A stretch of DNA of 53,843 nt from Chiloscyllium plagiosum (GCF_004010195.1 NC_057720.1:28104315-28158157); one strand, 5' to 3'; counted from the first letter of the stretch, positions 12,265-25,400 are shown. A program made the numbers and translations. Notes: generated by a model not told the origin, from the sequence alone.

Positions 12265-12813
12265 TGTGACTAAGCTGTTCCTTTAAAAAATTATGTTGTC
12301 CTTGGATTTTTTCCGAGAGGTTGTAAATGACGCAGGTTCCAAAAAGTCTAAGTTTGGATGGATTTTAGGGCCAGTTTGTTTACAACTAACATATACTGCC
12401 TCAGGCAGAAGGCTTTCCAGTTTAAAAAAACTGGCCGGTTCTGGCAGCTCTGTTTCTCTGGTTTGGTTTTAATGCAGCAGTTTGTGTGTAAAGAAAGGCA
12501 GCTGGACCCTCTCTATCTGACTTCTGGAAGAACCAGTTTGATTTTTTTCCTTTTGTGCCAAGATGTGTTTATGGGGATTGTTGCAAGTACTTTGGAACAG
12601 CGTCATTAAGTTGGGATAGTGTGTCGGGTTTTCGGATGGGATAAGTTATTCGGTATTCTTTTTTATGTTGTTTGTGTTTCATTCAGTAATCTTGTAAATA
12701 AATTCTGTTTTGTTTAAGACGATGTAGTTTGACCAGCTGATTCTCTCCCGGAATATTCACTGCCTGGGCTCCCTTCTTGAAATGTTTTGAGGGGTCTGGC
12801 CTGGTCCATAACA
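12265..12813 (+). mobile_element. Solo LTR, family B, inserted in CR1
   Basis: TGTGAC...ATAACA termini, flanks GAAA/GAAG (imperfect 4-bp TSD), AATAAA at 12697-12702. The CR1 sequence is continuous across it. Confidence 0.7.
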
Positions 12814-13590
12814 GAAGGCAAATGCAATGTTAGCTTGAGATGTACTGCCGAGGCTGTATAAGACTGATCAGACCACATTGGAATATTGAGAGCAGTTTTG
12901 GGCCCCCATATCTAAGGAAGGATGTATTGGTGTTTATAGGGCTTCCAGAGGGATTTTCAAGAATGACCCTAGGAATGAAGAGTTTGTCATATGAAAAGAA
13001 GTTGAGGACTCTGGGTCTGTATTCAATGGAGTTTAGAAGGATTAGGGAGGCTCTGATTGAAACTTACAGAATGCTGAGAGACATGGATAGAGTGGACAAG
13101 GAGAAGATGTTTTCAATGGTAGGCTGAACTAGGATCCAGGGGCATGGCATCATAGTGAAGGACGACTTTTTCAATCTGCGATGAGGAGGAATTTCCCCAG
13201 CCAGAGGATGGTGAATCTGTGGAACTTGTTGCCGCAGAAGGCTGAGGAGGCCAAGTCATTGAGTGTATTTGAGAGAGTGAGTGGTGATTAGTAAGGAGGA
13301 TCCAGGTTATGGGGAGAAAGGAGGAGAATGGGGTTGAGAAGTATATCAGTTATGATAGAACTGCAGAGCAAATCTGATGTGTGAATGGCCTAATCCTGCT
13401 CTATATCTTACAGTCTTATGGTCTCATAAAGTCAACCTGTCTAGTTTAAGCTGTAAACTGTCAGTCACATCTAGCTGCATTCTCCAGAGCAATGCTTTTA
13501 CCAGTCAGAGTCTATTTGCCAAGCAGTCAATATATTGCTGTCACGAAGTACAAAAGTTGTTTTTGCTTTTACATTTGGTGCTCTTGCAAA

Positions 13591-13626
13591 CTGTTCTGAT
13601 GAATCCAAGATGAAAAGCTTTGACAG
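13591..13626 (+). ncRNA. Minimal type-I hammerhead ribozyme motif (third family)
   Basis: CTGTT-CTGATGA-ATC CAA GAT-GAAA-AGCT-TT-GACAG: 5-bp stem I, intact CUGAUGA and GAAA boxes, 3-bp stem II, palindromic AAGCTT helix III, UUU triplet. Confidence 0.7.
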
Positions 13627-14332
13627 AATGCCCTTTTTTCAGCATTTCTCACACACTACGAAATGGTGAATGTTTAAAATCTTTTTGCATCCTTTGTCAC
13701 ACTTGAAAATTGTAAAATGTGCCCTGTAACCTTGATATTCTGATCAGCATAATTTAAATGCCAGCCTAAACCTGTTCATTTTAATTGGTGCTAAAATATT
13801 ATGGATAGAATATTTTGGTTTGTTCGATTCATTGTAGTAAATATTTGCTTGATACCTCGATCAGTGGTATTATGTGAACGTAATGAATCTGCAGCTAATA
13901 TTTTCATAATATATTGTTACATTGAGGTTGAAATGTTGAGAGATAGCCAGGAATGTGGATTTGAGAGTATAATCAAATCAGCTGTGAGTTTATTAAATGA
14001 CAGCAGGATTGTGAGGGCTGAATAGTCTGCTGCTTGTTTATATCTTTTCATAATTTATCAACAAAACAAAGTCTAACTCTATGCTGGTTCGAAATTATAT
14101 GGATGTAAGAATTTTACCCGATGTCTAGTAAATAACTAACTCGGAAAAGGAGGAAAGAATTGGGCAAGTAAAGAATGGCTGGCCTCATATCAGGTGGTAC
14201 GGAGTAGATCAAATGGATTTTTGACTTTTTTGAGCATCTCACATGGTCAAGAATATACATTAAAATGAAAGCGAAATAATGTTAATGCTTAAGATCTGAA
14301 ATGAAAACAGAACATACTAGCAAAACTCAGTT

Positions 14333-15405
14333 CTAGAACATAGAACATAGAAGAATACAGCGCAGTACAGGCCCTTTGGCCCTCGATGTTGCGCCGATCC
14401 AAGCCCACCTAACCTATACTAACCCACTATCCTCCATATACCTATCCAATGCCCGCTTAAATGCCCATAAAGAGGGAGAGTCCACCACTGCTACTGGCAG
14501 GGCATTCCATGAACTTACGACTCGCTGAGTGAAGAACCTACCCCTAACTTCAGTCCTATATCAACCCCNNNNNNNNNNNNNNNNNNNNNNNNNNNNNNNN
14601 NNNNNNNNNNNNNNNNNNNNNNNNNNNNNNNNNNNNNNNNNNNNNNNNNNNNNNNNNNNNNNNNNNNNNNNNNNNNNNNNNNNNNNNNNNNNNNNNNNNN
14701 NNNNNNNNNNNNNNNNNNNNNNNNNNNNNNNNNNNNNNNNNNNNNNNNNNNNNNNNNNNNNNNNNNNNNNNNNNNNNNNNNNNNNNNNNNNNNNNNNNNN
14801 NNNNNNNNNNNNNNNNNNNNNNNNNNNNNNNNNNNNNNNNNNNNNNNNNNNNNNNNNNNNNNNNNNNNNNNNNNNNNNNNNNNNNNNNNNNNNNNNNNNN
14901 NNNNNNNNNNNNNNNNNNNNNNNNNNNNNNNNNNNNNNNNNNNNNNNNNNNNNNCCGTCTTTCGTATCATCCGCAAACTTGCTTACCCAACCTTCTAACC
15001 CCTCTTCCATGTCATTTATAAAAATGACAAACAGCAATGGTCCCAAAACAGATCCTTGCGGAACACCGCTAGTGACGGCACTCCATGAAGAAACTTTGCC
15101 ATCAACTACTACCCTCTGTCTTCTTCCATCCAGCCAATTCCTAATCCAAACCTCCAACTCACCCTCAATGCCATATCTCCGTATTTTCTGCAGTAGCCTA
15201 CCATGGGGAACCTTATCAAACGCCTTACTAAAATCCATATATACCACATCTACCGCTTTCCCCTCATCAACCTCCTTCGTCACCTTTTCAAAGAATTCAA
15301 TAAGGTTTGTGAGGCACGACCTGCCCTTCACAAAACCATGCTGACTATCCTTGATCACATTATTCCTATCCAGATGTGCATAAATCCTATCCCTTACAAT
15401 TCTCT
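14333..15405 (-). mobile_element. Young CR1 LINE, 5'-truncated, RT frame open
   Basis: Minus [17 protein letters not shown]...[10 protein letters not shown]...[10 protein letters not shown]...FADDTK; (TTCTATG)n-type tail; contains an N gap. Confidence 0.95.
14569..14954. other. Assembly gap or masked run (N)
   Basis: Run of N inside a young CR1. Confidence 0.99.
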
Positions 15406-15659
15406 CTTGCTGCTCTTAGCTCTGCTCTGCTAATAATTAGTTGATAACCAATTTAAGATTGTCAATCTGCTTCACAGAGTGTGTACGAAGTTGCATATAT
15501 TTATACACAGACAGAAGGAGCATGTTCATACGTTGTACCTGTTTCAATTGAACAGAGGTGACATCTCTCAAATTTCATTTCCCAGAAGAAAGCCTTGACC
15601 AATTGGGTTAAACCCTTTGTTTAAACTTGACTTGGCAGTTAACCGTCAGTTATCATACA

Positions 15660-15910
15660 ACTGTTGCATGGGAACACCACCGCCACCACAAGTTTCCCTG
15701 CAAGCTATACATCATCCTGTCATAGAACTATATCACTACTCCTTCGCTGTTACTGACTCAAAATCCCAGAACCTGCTTTTTACCGCAATGTTGTTACCTC
15801 ACTTCAAGGACTATAGTGTTTCAAAAAAGCAGCTTACCAACAACATCTCCAGGGCAATAAGAGATAGGCAGTAGATACTGGCTTACCTAACAATATCAAA
15901 TCCCATGAAA
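15660..15910 (+). mobile_element. 3' end fragment of the CR1-group LINE family at 51195-53562
   Basis: CATGGGAACACCAC...AAATCCCAGAAC...AGGGCAATAAGAGATAGGCAGTAGATACTGGC matches 45080-45300. Confidence 0.7.
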
Positions 15911-15944
15911 GGAAAAAGAATGCTGGTGCATTCTCCATGTCAAC

Positions 15945-16095
15945 CCCTCCATCAGAGTCCACTTTGCAACCCATGAGCACTTCCCAGTCACACAACATCA
16001 ATGTTGTTTTCCCTTTACATTGATAATTCTTGCTAATTGTCCTGAGTAGTACAAGATTAAACACTTTGACAAAATGCCTTTTGTTTTCCAATGCT
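15945..16095 (+). mobile_element. Decayed copy of the old HHR-bearing element
   Basis: TCAGAGTC...TTGTTTTCCCTTTACATTG...TGTCCTGAGTAGTACAAGATTAAACACTTTGACA parallels 13505-13626; core mutated. Confidence 0.6.
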
Positions 16096-16885
16096 GAAAT
16101 GTAATAAACTTTCTAATATTTATGCCTATGGATTGCATATAAAAGTACAGATACAAACTATTTTGATTTGGCAATGTATCATTGTTCCTTCATTTGCTGA
16201 ATCAATTTTATTTGTATCTGCCTTCCTATTGGCATTGTAGGAATACATTCACCATAGGGATTACAGCTGTGAATGAAGAGTAAAAAGAAAACTATAAACA
16301 AAAAGTAGCTAGTAATGTTTCCCAGTAGCACTAAAGCGCAACATATCTTTTACATCTTTAGGTTGGCAGATGTGTTCTATTTAATAAACATGCACAATAT
16401 CCAAACATTTGTTCTGTGCGTTGCTAACTCAACATAAAAAAAATCTTTTCTTCATTATCCAAGTTTTACAACAGTAATCAGCCAAAGAAGGTGTGTGAGG
16501 AATAGTTCAACATGACTAGTCCTCTTTTATTTTCCTTCCTTTACGAAAAGCACTCTATCTTCTCCACTTGGTGTGACTTCAGAATGATAGGTAGGGAACT
16601 CAAGAGTGACATAAAAAAATGAAGGTTGCCTCCTACAATACCATGATGCAGCATGTTTCGAACATATGAATTTGGGGTAGAGGTAGGCCATTTGGCCATT
16701 CAAACCTGTTCCACCATTTAGCAATATGGCAGATGTGTTTGTGTTTGAATTCCATATTCTCTTCTATCCCACAAAAAAATCTTAGTTTCTTGATGGGATA
16801 GTGAATTAGTCTACCTCAATCTTAAACATATTTAGTGGCCCCACTTCTATCACTTTCTGGGGCAGAATTCCAAAGTGTCTCAACT

Positions 16886-18130
16886 ATTGTTGTGGTTGTG
16901 TTCGCCGAGCTGGGAATTTGTGTTGCAGACATTTCGTCCCCTGTCTAGGTGACAACCTCAATGCTTGGGAGCCTCCTGTGAAGCGCTTCTGTGATCTTTT
17001 CTCCGGCATTTATAGTGGTTTGAATCTGCAGCTTCCGGTTGTCAGTTCCAGCTGTCCGCTGCAATGGCCGGTGTATTGGGTCCAGGTCGATGTGCTTGTT
17101 GATTGAATCAGTGGATGAGTGCCATGCCTCTAGGAATTCCCTGGTTATTCTCTGTTTGGCTTGTCCTATAATAGTAGTGTTGTCCCAGTCAAACTCATGT
17201 TGCTTGTCATCTGCATGTGTGGCTACTAAGGATAGCTGGCCGTGTCGTTTTGTGGCTAGTTGGTGTTCATGGATGCGGATCGTTAGCTGTCTTCCTGTTT
17301 GTCCTATGTAGTGTTTTGTGCAGTCCTTGCACGGAATTTTGTATACTACGTTGGTTTGCTCATGTTGGGTATCAGGTCCTTCGTTCTGGTGAGTTGTTGT
17401 CTGAGAATGGCTGTTGGTTTGTGTGCTGTTATGAGTCCTAGTGGTTGTAGTAGTGTGGCTGTCAGTTCAGACATGCCACAGCCAAAGGACTAGCCACTTT
17501 ACCTTACATCAAGAACATTTCTGAACCGACAGCCAGACTACTACGACCACTAGGACTCATAACAGCACACAAACCAACAGCCATTCTCAGACAACAACTC
17601 ACCAGAACAAAGGACCCGATACCCAGCATGAGCAAAACCAACGTAGTGTACAAAATCCCATGCAAGGACTGCACAAAACACTACATAGGACGAACAGGAA
17701 GATCCGCATCCATGAACACCAACTAGCCATGAAATGACACGACCAGCTATCCTTAGTAGCCACACATGCAGATGACGAGCAACATGAGTTTGACTGGGAC
17801 AACACTACTATTATAGGACAAGCCAAACAGAGAACAGCCAGGGAATTCCTAGAGGCATGGCACTCATCCACTGATTCAATCAACAAGCACATCGACTTGG
17901 ACCCAATATACCGGCCACTGCAGCGGACAGCTGGAACTGACAACTGGAAGCGGCAGATTCAAACCACTGTACATGCTGGAGAAAAAAATCACAGAAACGC
18001 TTCACAGGAGGCTCCCAAGCACTGAGGATGTCACCTCGACAGGGGACGAAACGTCTGCAACACAAATTCCCTGCTCGGCGAACACACCCACAACAATGAG
18101 CACCCGAGCTACAAATCTTTGCACAAACTT
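16886..18130. mobile_element. Penelope/Poseidon-type PLE, inverted two-arm insertion (GIY-YIG region plus pLTR)
   Basis: Plus arm 17472-18130 encodes ATLPYIKNISE..LLRPLG..KTNVVYKIPCKDCTKHYIGRTGR..HEH (GIY-YIG). Minus arm 16886-17471 is its inverted copy. TSD TGTCTCAACT at 16876-16885 and 18131-18140. Confidence 0.92.
18019..18058 (+). ncRNA. Minimal type-I hammerhead ribozyme of the Poseidon-type PLE
   Basis: GCA-CTGAGGA-T-GTCACCT CGAC AGGGGAC-GAAAC-GTC-TGC: stem I GCA/TGC, full core, 7-bp stem II with one mismatch, GUC cleavage triplet. Confidence 0.85.
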
Positions 18131-20068
18131 TGTCTCAACTGGCTTGAGAGAAGGAAAAAACACCTACTCCTAATCTCTGTTCTAAAAGGGCAGCCCCTAG
18201 TTTTAAAGCAATTTTCCATTATTCTAGACTCATCTACAGAAGGAAACATCCTTTCCATGTCCAACTTGTCAAGGTCATTCAGGATCTTACACACTTGATC
18301 AAATCATCTCTTGTTCTTTTAACCTCCAATGCAAACAAGCTCAGCCTGTCAAATCTTTCCTTATGAGACAACCTGCTCATCTCTAATGTCAATCTAGTAA
18401 ACTTCCTCTGAACTCCTTCAATGCATTCATATTCTTTCTTAAATAAGGAGACCAAATTACACACAGTATTTGAGATATGGATTCACGAATGTCCTATATA
18501 TCTGAACCATAACATCCTCACTTTTATGTTTAATTCAACTTATAATAGACAAAAGCATCCCATAGATTTTTTAAAAAAATTATGTACTCAGCCACATGCT
18601 AGCTTTTTTTTGATTTGTGCACTAGAACATATAGAACCTCCTGTACCTTGGAATTCTGTGACTTTCTCTGTTTATTCTTCCTGTCAGAATATAATTTAAA
18701 ACAGCAGTGAACCACTTCACATTTTCCTCCATGGTATTCTGTCTGCCAGATTTTTGCTTTCTAACCTAACAAGGATGCAGACTTATATAGATACTTCATG
18801 TAATTTTCACAACACACTTTCCTACCTATCTTTGTGTTATTTGCATATTTAGCTACTATGCATTCAATCTCTTCATATAAATAATAGACATAATCTGTTT
18901 AAAAAAAAACTGAGCCGAGCACAGGCATTTGTGGGACCCTACTTGTCACATCTTGGCAGTCTTACAAAACAGACCCATTTGTATATACTTGTATATTCTG
19001 CCATCCATCCAATCTTCTATTCAAGCTAGTATCTTTAACTCGATGCCAGGAGCTCCTATTTTACACAATAAAACATTTTATATGAAGATTTGTGCCATGC
19101 CTCTGGAAATATAGTACATCAATGGCTCCCCTTTGTCGACAGTGCATTTACTCCTTCAAAGAATTCAAATAAATTGCTTAAACATGATTTGGAACTTGTT
19201 ATGGACTTGATAGAAAATAACTGAGATAGCTGAAATCTCATTAAGATGAATCAAGACTTTTGCTAATCCCTTGTCAACTGTTCCTGTTGATAAAATGTAG
19301 CCTCAGCGGAATAAAACATGGCCTTTCTAACACCTATTTTGTGATTGAACACTGGACTGAATGATACTAATTTTTTGGGTCTGACATCCTAAGGATGTCC
19401 ACTAGATATTAAAAACTGGATCAAACCATCTTATCAGCAGTCTAGCTGCCATATAAAACCAGTGTTAGGCTACTTGCTTGTGTTATTGAGAAACCTTTGG
19501 AGAGATCTTGAATCACCCTGAACCTGCCTCTCATGTCATGTGTGAGATCGCAAGTGGCTGTCCCCAAGATGGTATGCAGCTCATAAGTATTACGTGACTC
19601 AAGGAGCATCTTTCACCCCTTTCCCCATTTTACCTTTGTAATTTAGGCTGCAGTACAAATGGGATAAATCATGTAAAACTCAAGAGTGAAGATTGACTCA
19701 CTGTTTTTCTCTGATAAAGTAGAAATAAGAAACTTTTAAAGAAAATTATTGTACTTGCAAATATTTCATCAATTGCTGTCCTTTATTTTTGCCCAGGACC
19801 TTTCTGCTGTTTACTGCTTCATTGACTGAGAGTGTTTGAAATTTTGCCTATTTTAGGATTACTCTTATTGGAAAGTAAAGTGAATTTCTATATTTAATAG
19901 TGACTAATTTCAAAAATATTCCATTGTCTGTAAAATTCTTGGGATTGAACAATATAAGGTGTTACATTTGTAAGTTTTTGTTTAAACATCAAAATCCTGG
20001 GTTTCACTCCTGATTGGATGCTAACAAAGATAGAGATGGCTTTCCATATTCTGTATTTGCCCAATGTA

Positions 20069-20790
20069 AGTCATGCACTGAAACAGACCCTTCAGTCCAA
20101 AAAGTACACGCCGAACATAATCCCAAAATAAATTACTCCCACTTGCCTGCCCCTGGACCGTATCCCTCCAAACCTTTCCTATTCATGTACTTATCCAAAT
20201 GTTTTTTAAACATTGTAATTGTACCCACATCCACCAATTCCTCAGGAAGTTCATTCCACACAAACCACCCTCTAAAAATTTGCCACCCAGGTCTTTTCTA
20301 AATCTCTGTCCTCTCACCTTTATGAGGGGCATGGATAGGATAAATAGACAAAGTCTTTTCCCTGGGGTCAGGGAATCCAAAACTAGAGGGCATAGGTTTA
20401 GTGTGCGAGGGGAAAGATATAAAAGAGACCTAAGGGGCAACTTTTTCATGCAGAGGGTGGTACGTGTATGGTATGAGCTGCCAGAGGATGTGGTGGAGGC
20501 TGGTACAATTGTAACATTTAAGAGGCATTTGGATGGGTATATGAATGGGAAGGGTTTGGAGGGATATGGGTCAGGTGCTGGCAGGTGGGACTAGATTGGG
20601 TTGGGATATCTGGTGGGCACGGATGGTTGGACCGAAAGGTCTGTTTCCATGCTGTACATCTCTATGACTCTATGACACTATGGTCTTGAAATCCCTCATC
20701 CTTGGGAAAAAAACAACTGCCATTAACTCTATCCATACCCCTCATTATTTTATAAACTTCTACAAGGTTGCCTGTCAACCTTCTACAGGA
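20069..20790 (-). mobile_element. CR1 3' fragment, interrupted by an opposite-strand CR1 fragment
   Basis: CR1 tail GAAACAGACCCTTCAGTCCAA...CCCACTTGCCTGC at 20080-20320, resuming at 20677. Confidence 0.8.
20321..20676 (+). mobile_element. Young CR1 3' fragment
   Basis: MRGMDRINRQSLFP...TRGH...FFMQRVVRVW and (CTATGA)n tail; same subfamily as 48087-48320. Confidence 0.9.
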
Positions 20791-21645
20791 ACTGAGGAAC
20801 TGAAACTTCTATTATGGCATCCTTGATTAAATGATGTGCTTGGCGTGTTCAAGGCCTCTGTCTAATTAATTCCTGCAATGTGTGATGGTACCTGCACCTT
20901 ATGAGGGCAAAAATAATTACTACTGTGGGCCTATTGAAGGTTGTCTCACAGTATAAATATAAAGTTAATCAGTCACAGGGTAATCAATAACTTGTACTGT
21001 GGAGAACGTTTCATATGTGAGCGCCAGTCATTTGGGCAATTTTGACGTTGGATATGGCCTTTCAGACTGACACATCTTGTGGCAACTTAAACAATAGGCT
21101 CGTCCTGAAGCTCATTAAAGTTTTCCTTTAGTGGTCGAAACCTCAAAATTACTTGATGATTTTGACTTTAACAGATGTTTGTTCTTTGAATTTTGAAATA
21201 TTCTATGTTGACTTTCTGATTCAGACAGTGCAAACATTTGGTCTAAACTTGAATGTATCTTCTGTCATAATGACCACTTAGTACGATGCTGCATTAATAT
21301 TGCATGTAGCTTGGAAATAACTTTAAGTAACATACTTTTGAGAAAATTGATATGCTTTTTCAGCCATTTATTGAGGAATCATCATTTAAAGTCTTCCATT
21401 GTTGAATTTGAGAACCAGTTTAGAGCTTAGTGTTCTGACGAAAGGATTTTCTTCATGTTGCAAGTCAGATATCCTGAGAAGTAGTTCACATGTTTGGTCA
21501 TGTAGAACATTCTATTTTAAAAAGGTTTACTTGTATAACAGTAAGTCATGACAATGATATTTAAAATGGAATAAGAATTGAATTTGGGTGTTTAAGATGC
21601 AAATTTGTTTCTTATTGTTTCTTTGAGAGCTATTTTGAGAACTCC

Positions 21646-21765
21646 CTGAGAAGGGTTATTGGGCCCGAAACATAACAGATTTTTCTTCACAGATGCTGCC
21701 AGACCTGCTGAGCTTTTCCAGCAACTTTTGTTTTTGTTTCTGATTTTCAGCATCTGCAGTTCTTT
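21646..21765 (+). mobile_element. Old PLE-derived tail with decayed HHR
   Basis: CTGAGAAGGGTTATTGGGCCCGAAACATAAC followed by GATGCTGCCAGACCTGCTGAG...CAGCATCTGCAG. Confidence 0.7.
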
Positions 21766-22484
21766 AGGCTTTTATTAAAGGTTGAAATATGCAAGATTTC
21801 TGCATTTGCAAAATGGGATGGTGCCTTAATGTTTCCAGGGTTTTGTCTTTTTTGTTGCAAGGAAATAGAATGTGACCGACCTTCTTCCTACTCTCTTTAT
21901 CCCAAGGGAACATGTCTATGGAGGTTTTCAGGTTACTGGAGAAATTTACTCTTTATCACTCTTCAAAGTTCTGAAGCTAAGTTTCTGCTAACGTGTAAGT
22001 TTTGTTGTGACCTGTGGGGAGATCCCAAAAAGTCCCCAGACACTTCTAAAACAGAAACTAAAATTTCAGAAATGCTCTGCACATCTCTTGGCTATTGAAA
22101 TTGTTTCGAGTTGCGCTGCTTCACTTGAAATCACCCTGAGTTAACTATTTGCATGGACATTTATATGGTTATTCCATATTTGATCTGTATCTTTTAGGTC
22201 AGCTGAACATAGTATCTTCTCCACCATTCTTTTGCTGATAAGAATTGTTTATTGGAAAGGCCATCAACCAATGAATACCTTCTGGATTTGCATCTATTGT
22301 TTATTCTGATTATGGAGAAAGGATGGCTGATTTTTATAAAATAAGTATCAACTGGTACTAAACATGGACCACTATATTGTACATTGATTAAGTTTCTGAT
22401 GCAGTTGGGTTTTGTCCTTGCAAGGTGTGGGATGCTGAAATCTAGGAATCAACCCAGAACTGGCAGATGTTTGTATTTAATCAT

Positions 22485-25400
22485 TACGGTTGGTGTGTTG
22501 CATCCCAGATGTCAGGGTTTGTGATATCTCTGATTGTGTGTGTTCGGGATCCTTGAGGGGAAGGGGAGCAGTCCCAAGTCATGGTCCACATAGGTACCAA
22601 TGACATAGGTAGGAAGAGAGATGGGGATTGAAGGCAGAAATTCAGGGAGCTAGGCTGGAAGCTTAGAGCTAGAACAGAGTTGTTATCTCTGGTTTGTTGC
22701 CTTTGCCATGTGCTGGCAAGGCGAGGAATAGGGAGAGCGCGGAGTTGAACACTTGGCTACAGGGATGGTTGCAGGAGGGAGGGTTTTGGATTCCTGGATA
22801 ATTGGGGCTGTTTCGGGGGTAGGTGGGACCTCTACAAACGGGATGGTTTTTACCTGAATCAGAGAGCTACCAGTATCCTGGGGGGGAAATTTGCTAATGC
22901 TCTTCGGGTGGGTTTAAACTAATTCAGCAGGGGGATGAGAAACGAAATTGACGTTCGAATATATGGGAGGATGGAGTAATGAAGTCAGAACTAAAATTTC
23001 AAGATGGCAAGAAGTTGGTTTGAAGTGTGTCTACTTCAACACCAGGAGCATCTGGAAAGAGGTGGGTGAACTTGCAGCATGGGTTGGTACCTGGGATTTT
23101 GATGTTGTGCCCATTTCAGAGACATGGGTAGAGCAGGTACAGGAATGGTAATTGCAGGTTCTGGGATTTAGATGTTTCAGTAATAACAGAGAAAATGGTA
23201 AGAGAGGTGTGGGTGTGGCATTGTTAGTCAAGGACAGTATTACGGTTGCAGAAAGGACATTTGAGGACTCGCCTACTGAGGTAGTGTGGACTGAGATTAG
23301 AAATAGGAAAGGAGAGGTTACCTTGTTGGGCATTTTCTATAAGCCTGTATAGAAAATGCCCAGCGATGTAGGGAATAGGATAGCAAAGATGATTCTCGTT
23401 AGGAATGAGGATGATAGGGTAGTTGTTATGGGGGACTTTAACTTTCCAAATATTGACTGGGAATACTATTGTTCAAGTACTTTAGATGGGTCAGCTTTTG
23501 TCCAATGTGGGCAGGAGGGTTTTCTGACACAGTATGTAGACAGGCCAACAACGGACGAGGCCACATTAGATTTGATACTGGGTAATGAACCCGAGCATGT
23601 GTTAGATTTGGTGAGCATTTTGGTGACAGTGACCACAATTCAGTTATGTTTAGTGATGGAAAAGAATACGAATAGGACATTAGGGAGATTTAAACAATCC
23701 TTGGTTAAGCACATGGATGATGATGAGATAGTGTAGGGGGACAAGCTGAGAATAGTTCACAGGTCGGCGCAACATCGAGGCCGAAGGGCATGTTCTGCGC
23801 TGTATTGTTCTATGTTCTATATACTGCAGAGCAAGAGTTATAGCTGGGGGGAAAGGCATGTACAATGCGATTTGGCAAGATTTAGAATGCATAGGATGGT
23901 AAAGAAATTGCAGGGGTTGGGCACAATTAAAATATAGAGCTTATTCAAGGACTAGCTCCTGCGGGTCCTTGATAAGTATGTACATGTCAGACAGGGAGGA
24001 AGTTGTCGAGCACGGGAGCCATGGTTTACGAAGGAAGTTGAATTTCTTGTCAAGAAGAAGAAGACGGTTTATGTGAGGATGAGATGTGCTGGCTCAGTAA
24101 GGGCGCTTCAGGGTTAGAAGTTAGCCAGGAAAGGTGTAAAGAGAGAGCTAAGAAGGGCCAGGAGGGTACATGAGAAGTCATTTGTAGATAGGATCAAGGA
24201 AAACCCCAAGGCTTTCTCCACCTCTATTAGGAATAAAATAATGATGAGAGTAAGATTAGGGCCACTCAAGCGTAGCAGTGGGAAGTTATGTGTGGAGTCA
24301 GAGGAGGTAGGATAAGTGCTAAGTGAATACTTTTCGTCGATATTCACACTAGAACAAGTCAATGTGGTTGAGCAGAATACTGAAATACAGGCTACTGGAC
24401 TAAATGGGATTGAGGTGCATAAGGAGAAGGTGTTAGCAATTCTGGAAAGTGTAAAAATAAATAACTCCCCTGGGCTGGATGGGATTTATCTTAGGAATCT
24501 CCGGGAAGCGAGGGAGGAGATTGCTGAGCCTTTGGTTTTGATCTTTATGTCTTCATTGTCTACAGGAATAGTACCAGAGGTCTGGAGGATAGCAAATGTT
24601 GTTCCCTTGTTCAAGAAGGGGAGTAGAGACAGCCCTGTAAATTAGGGACCTGTGAGTCTTACTTTGGTTGTGGTTAAAGTGTTAGAAAGGGTTATAAAAG
24701 ATAGCATTTGTAATCATCTAGAAAGAAATAAGTTGATCAGAGATAGTCAACATAGTTTTGTGATGGGTAGGTTGTGCCTCACAAACCTTATTGAGTTTTT
24801 TGAGAAGGTGACTATACAGGTGGATGAGTGTAAAGCAGTTGGTGTGGTGTATATGGATTTCAATAAGGTGTTTGATAAGGTTCCCCATGGTAGGCTATTG
24901 CACAAAATACGGAGGCATGGTATTGAAGGTGATTTAGTGGTTTGAATCAGAAATTGGCTAGCTGAAAGAAGACAGAGGATGGTGGTTAATGCAAAATGTT
25001 CATCCTGCAGTTCAGTTACTAGTGGGGTATCACAAGGATTTGTTTGGTTCCACTGTTGTTTGTCATTTATATAAATTACCTGGATGACGGCATAGAAGGA
25101 TAGGTTAGTAAATTTGTGGATGACACTAAGGTTGGTAGAGTTGTGGATCGTGACGAATGATGTTGCAGGTTACAGAGAGACATAGATAAGCTGCAGAGCT
25201 GGGCTGAGAGGTGGCAAATGGAGTTTAATGCGGAAAAGTGAGAGCTGATTCACTTTGGAAGGAGTAACAGGAATGCAGAGTACTGGGCCAATGGTAAGAT
25301 TCTTAGTCATGTTGATGAGCAGAGAGATCTTGGTGTCCAGGTACATAGATACTTGAAAGTTGCCACCCAGGTTGATAGGGTTGTTAAGAAGGCATATGGT

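Larger units (their letters stand above)
9372..13425 (+). mobile_element. CR1 LINE 3' part (outer element), split by nested insertions
   Basis: RT motif VTSGILQGSVLG at ~9460-9495 resumes at ~11990 (INDLDEGTEG..ADDTK) and runs to a 3' UTR ending TCTTATGGTC. Confidence 0.75.
16650..19190 (-). mobile_element. Old CR1 LINE 3' part, interrupted by an inverted PLE
   Basis: Minus ORFs IEGVQRKFTRL..LSHKERFDRLSLF and DLDKLDMERMFP; 3' UTR at 16650-16885. Confidence 0.8.

Noticed and set aside
19647..19696. Possible terminal exon GCSTNGINHVKLKSED*
   Set aside because: Acceptor and short frame only; no recognisable homology or supporting upstream exon.
21433..21460. CTGACGA hammerhead-like box
   Set aside because: No stem II, GAAA or stem I partner in the right arrangement.
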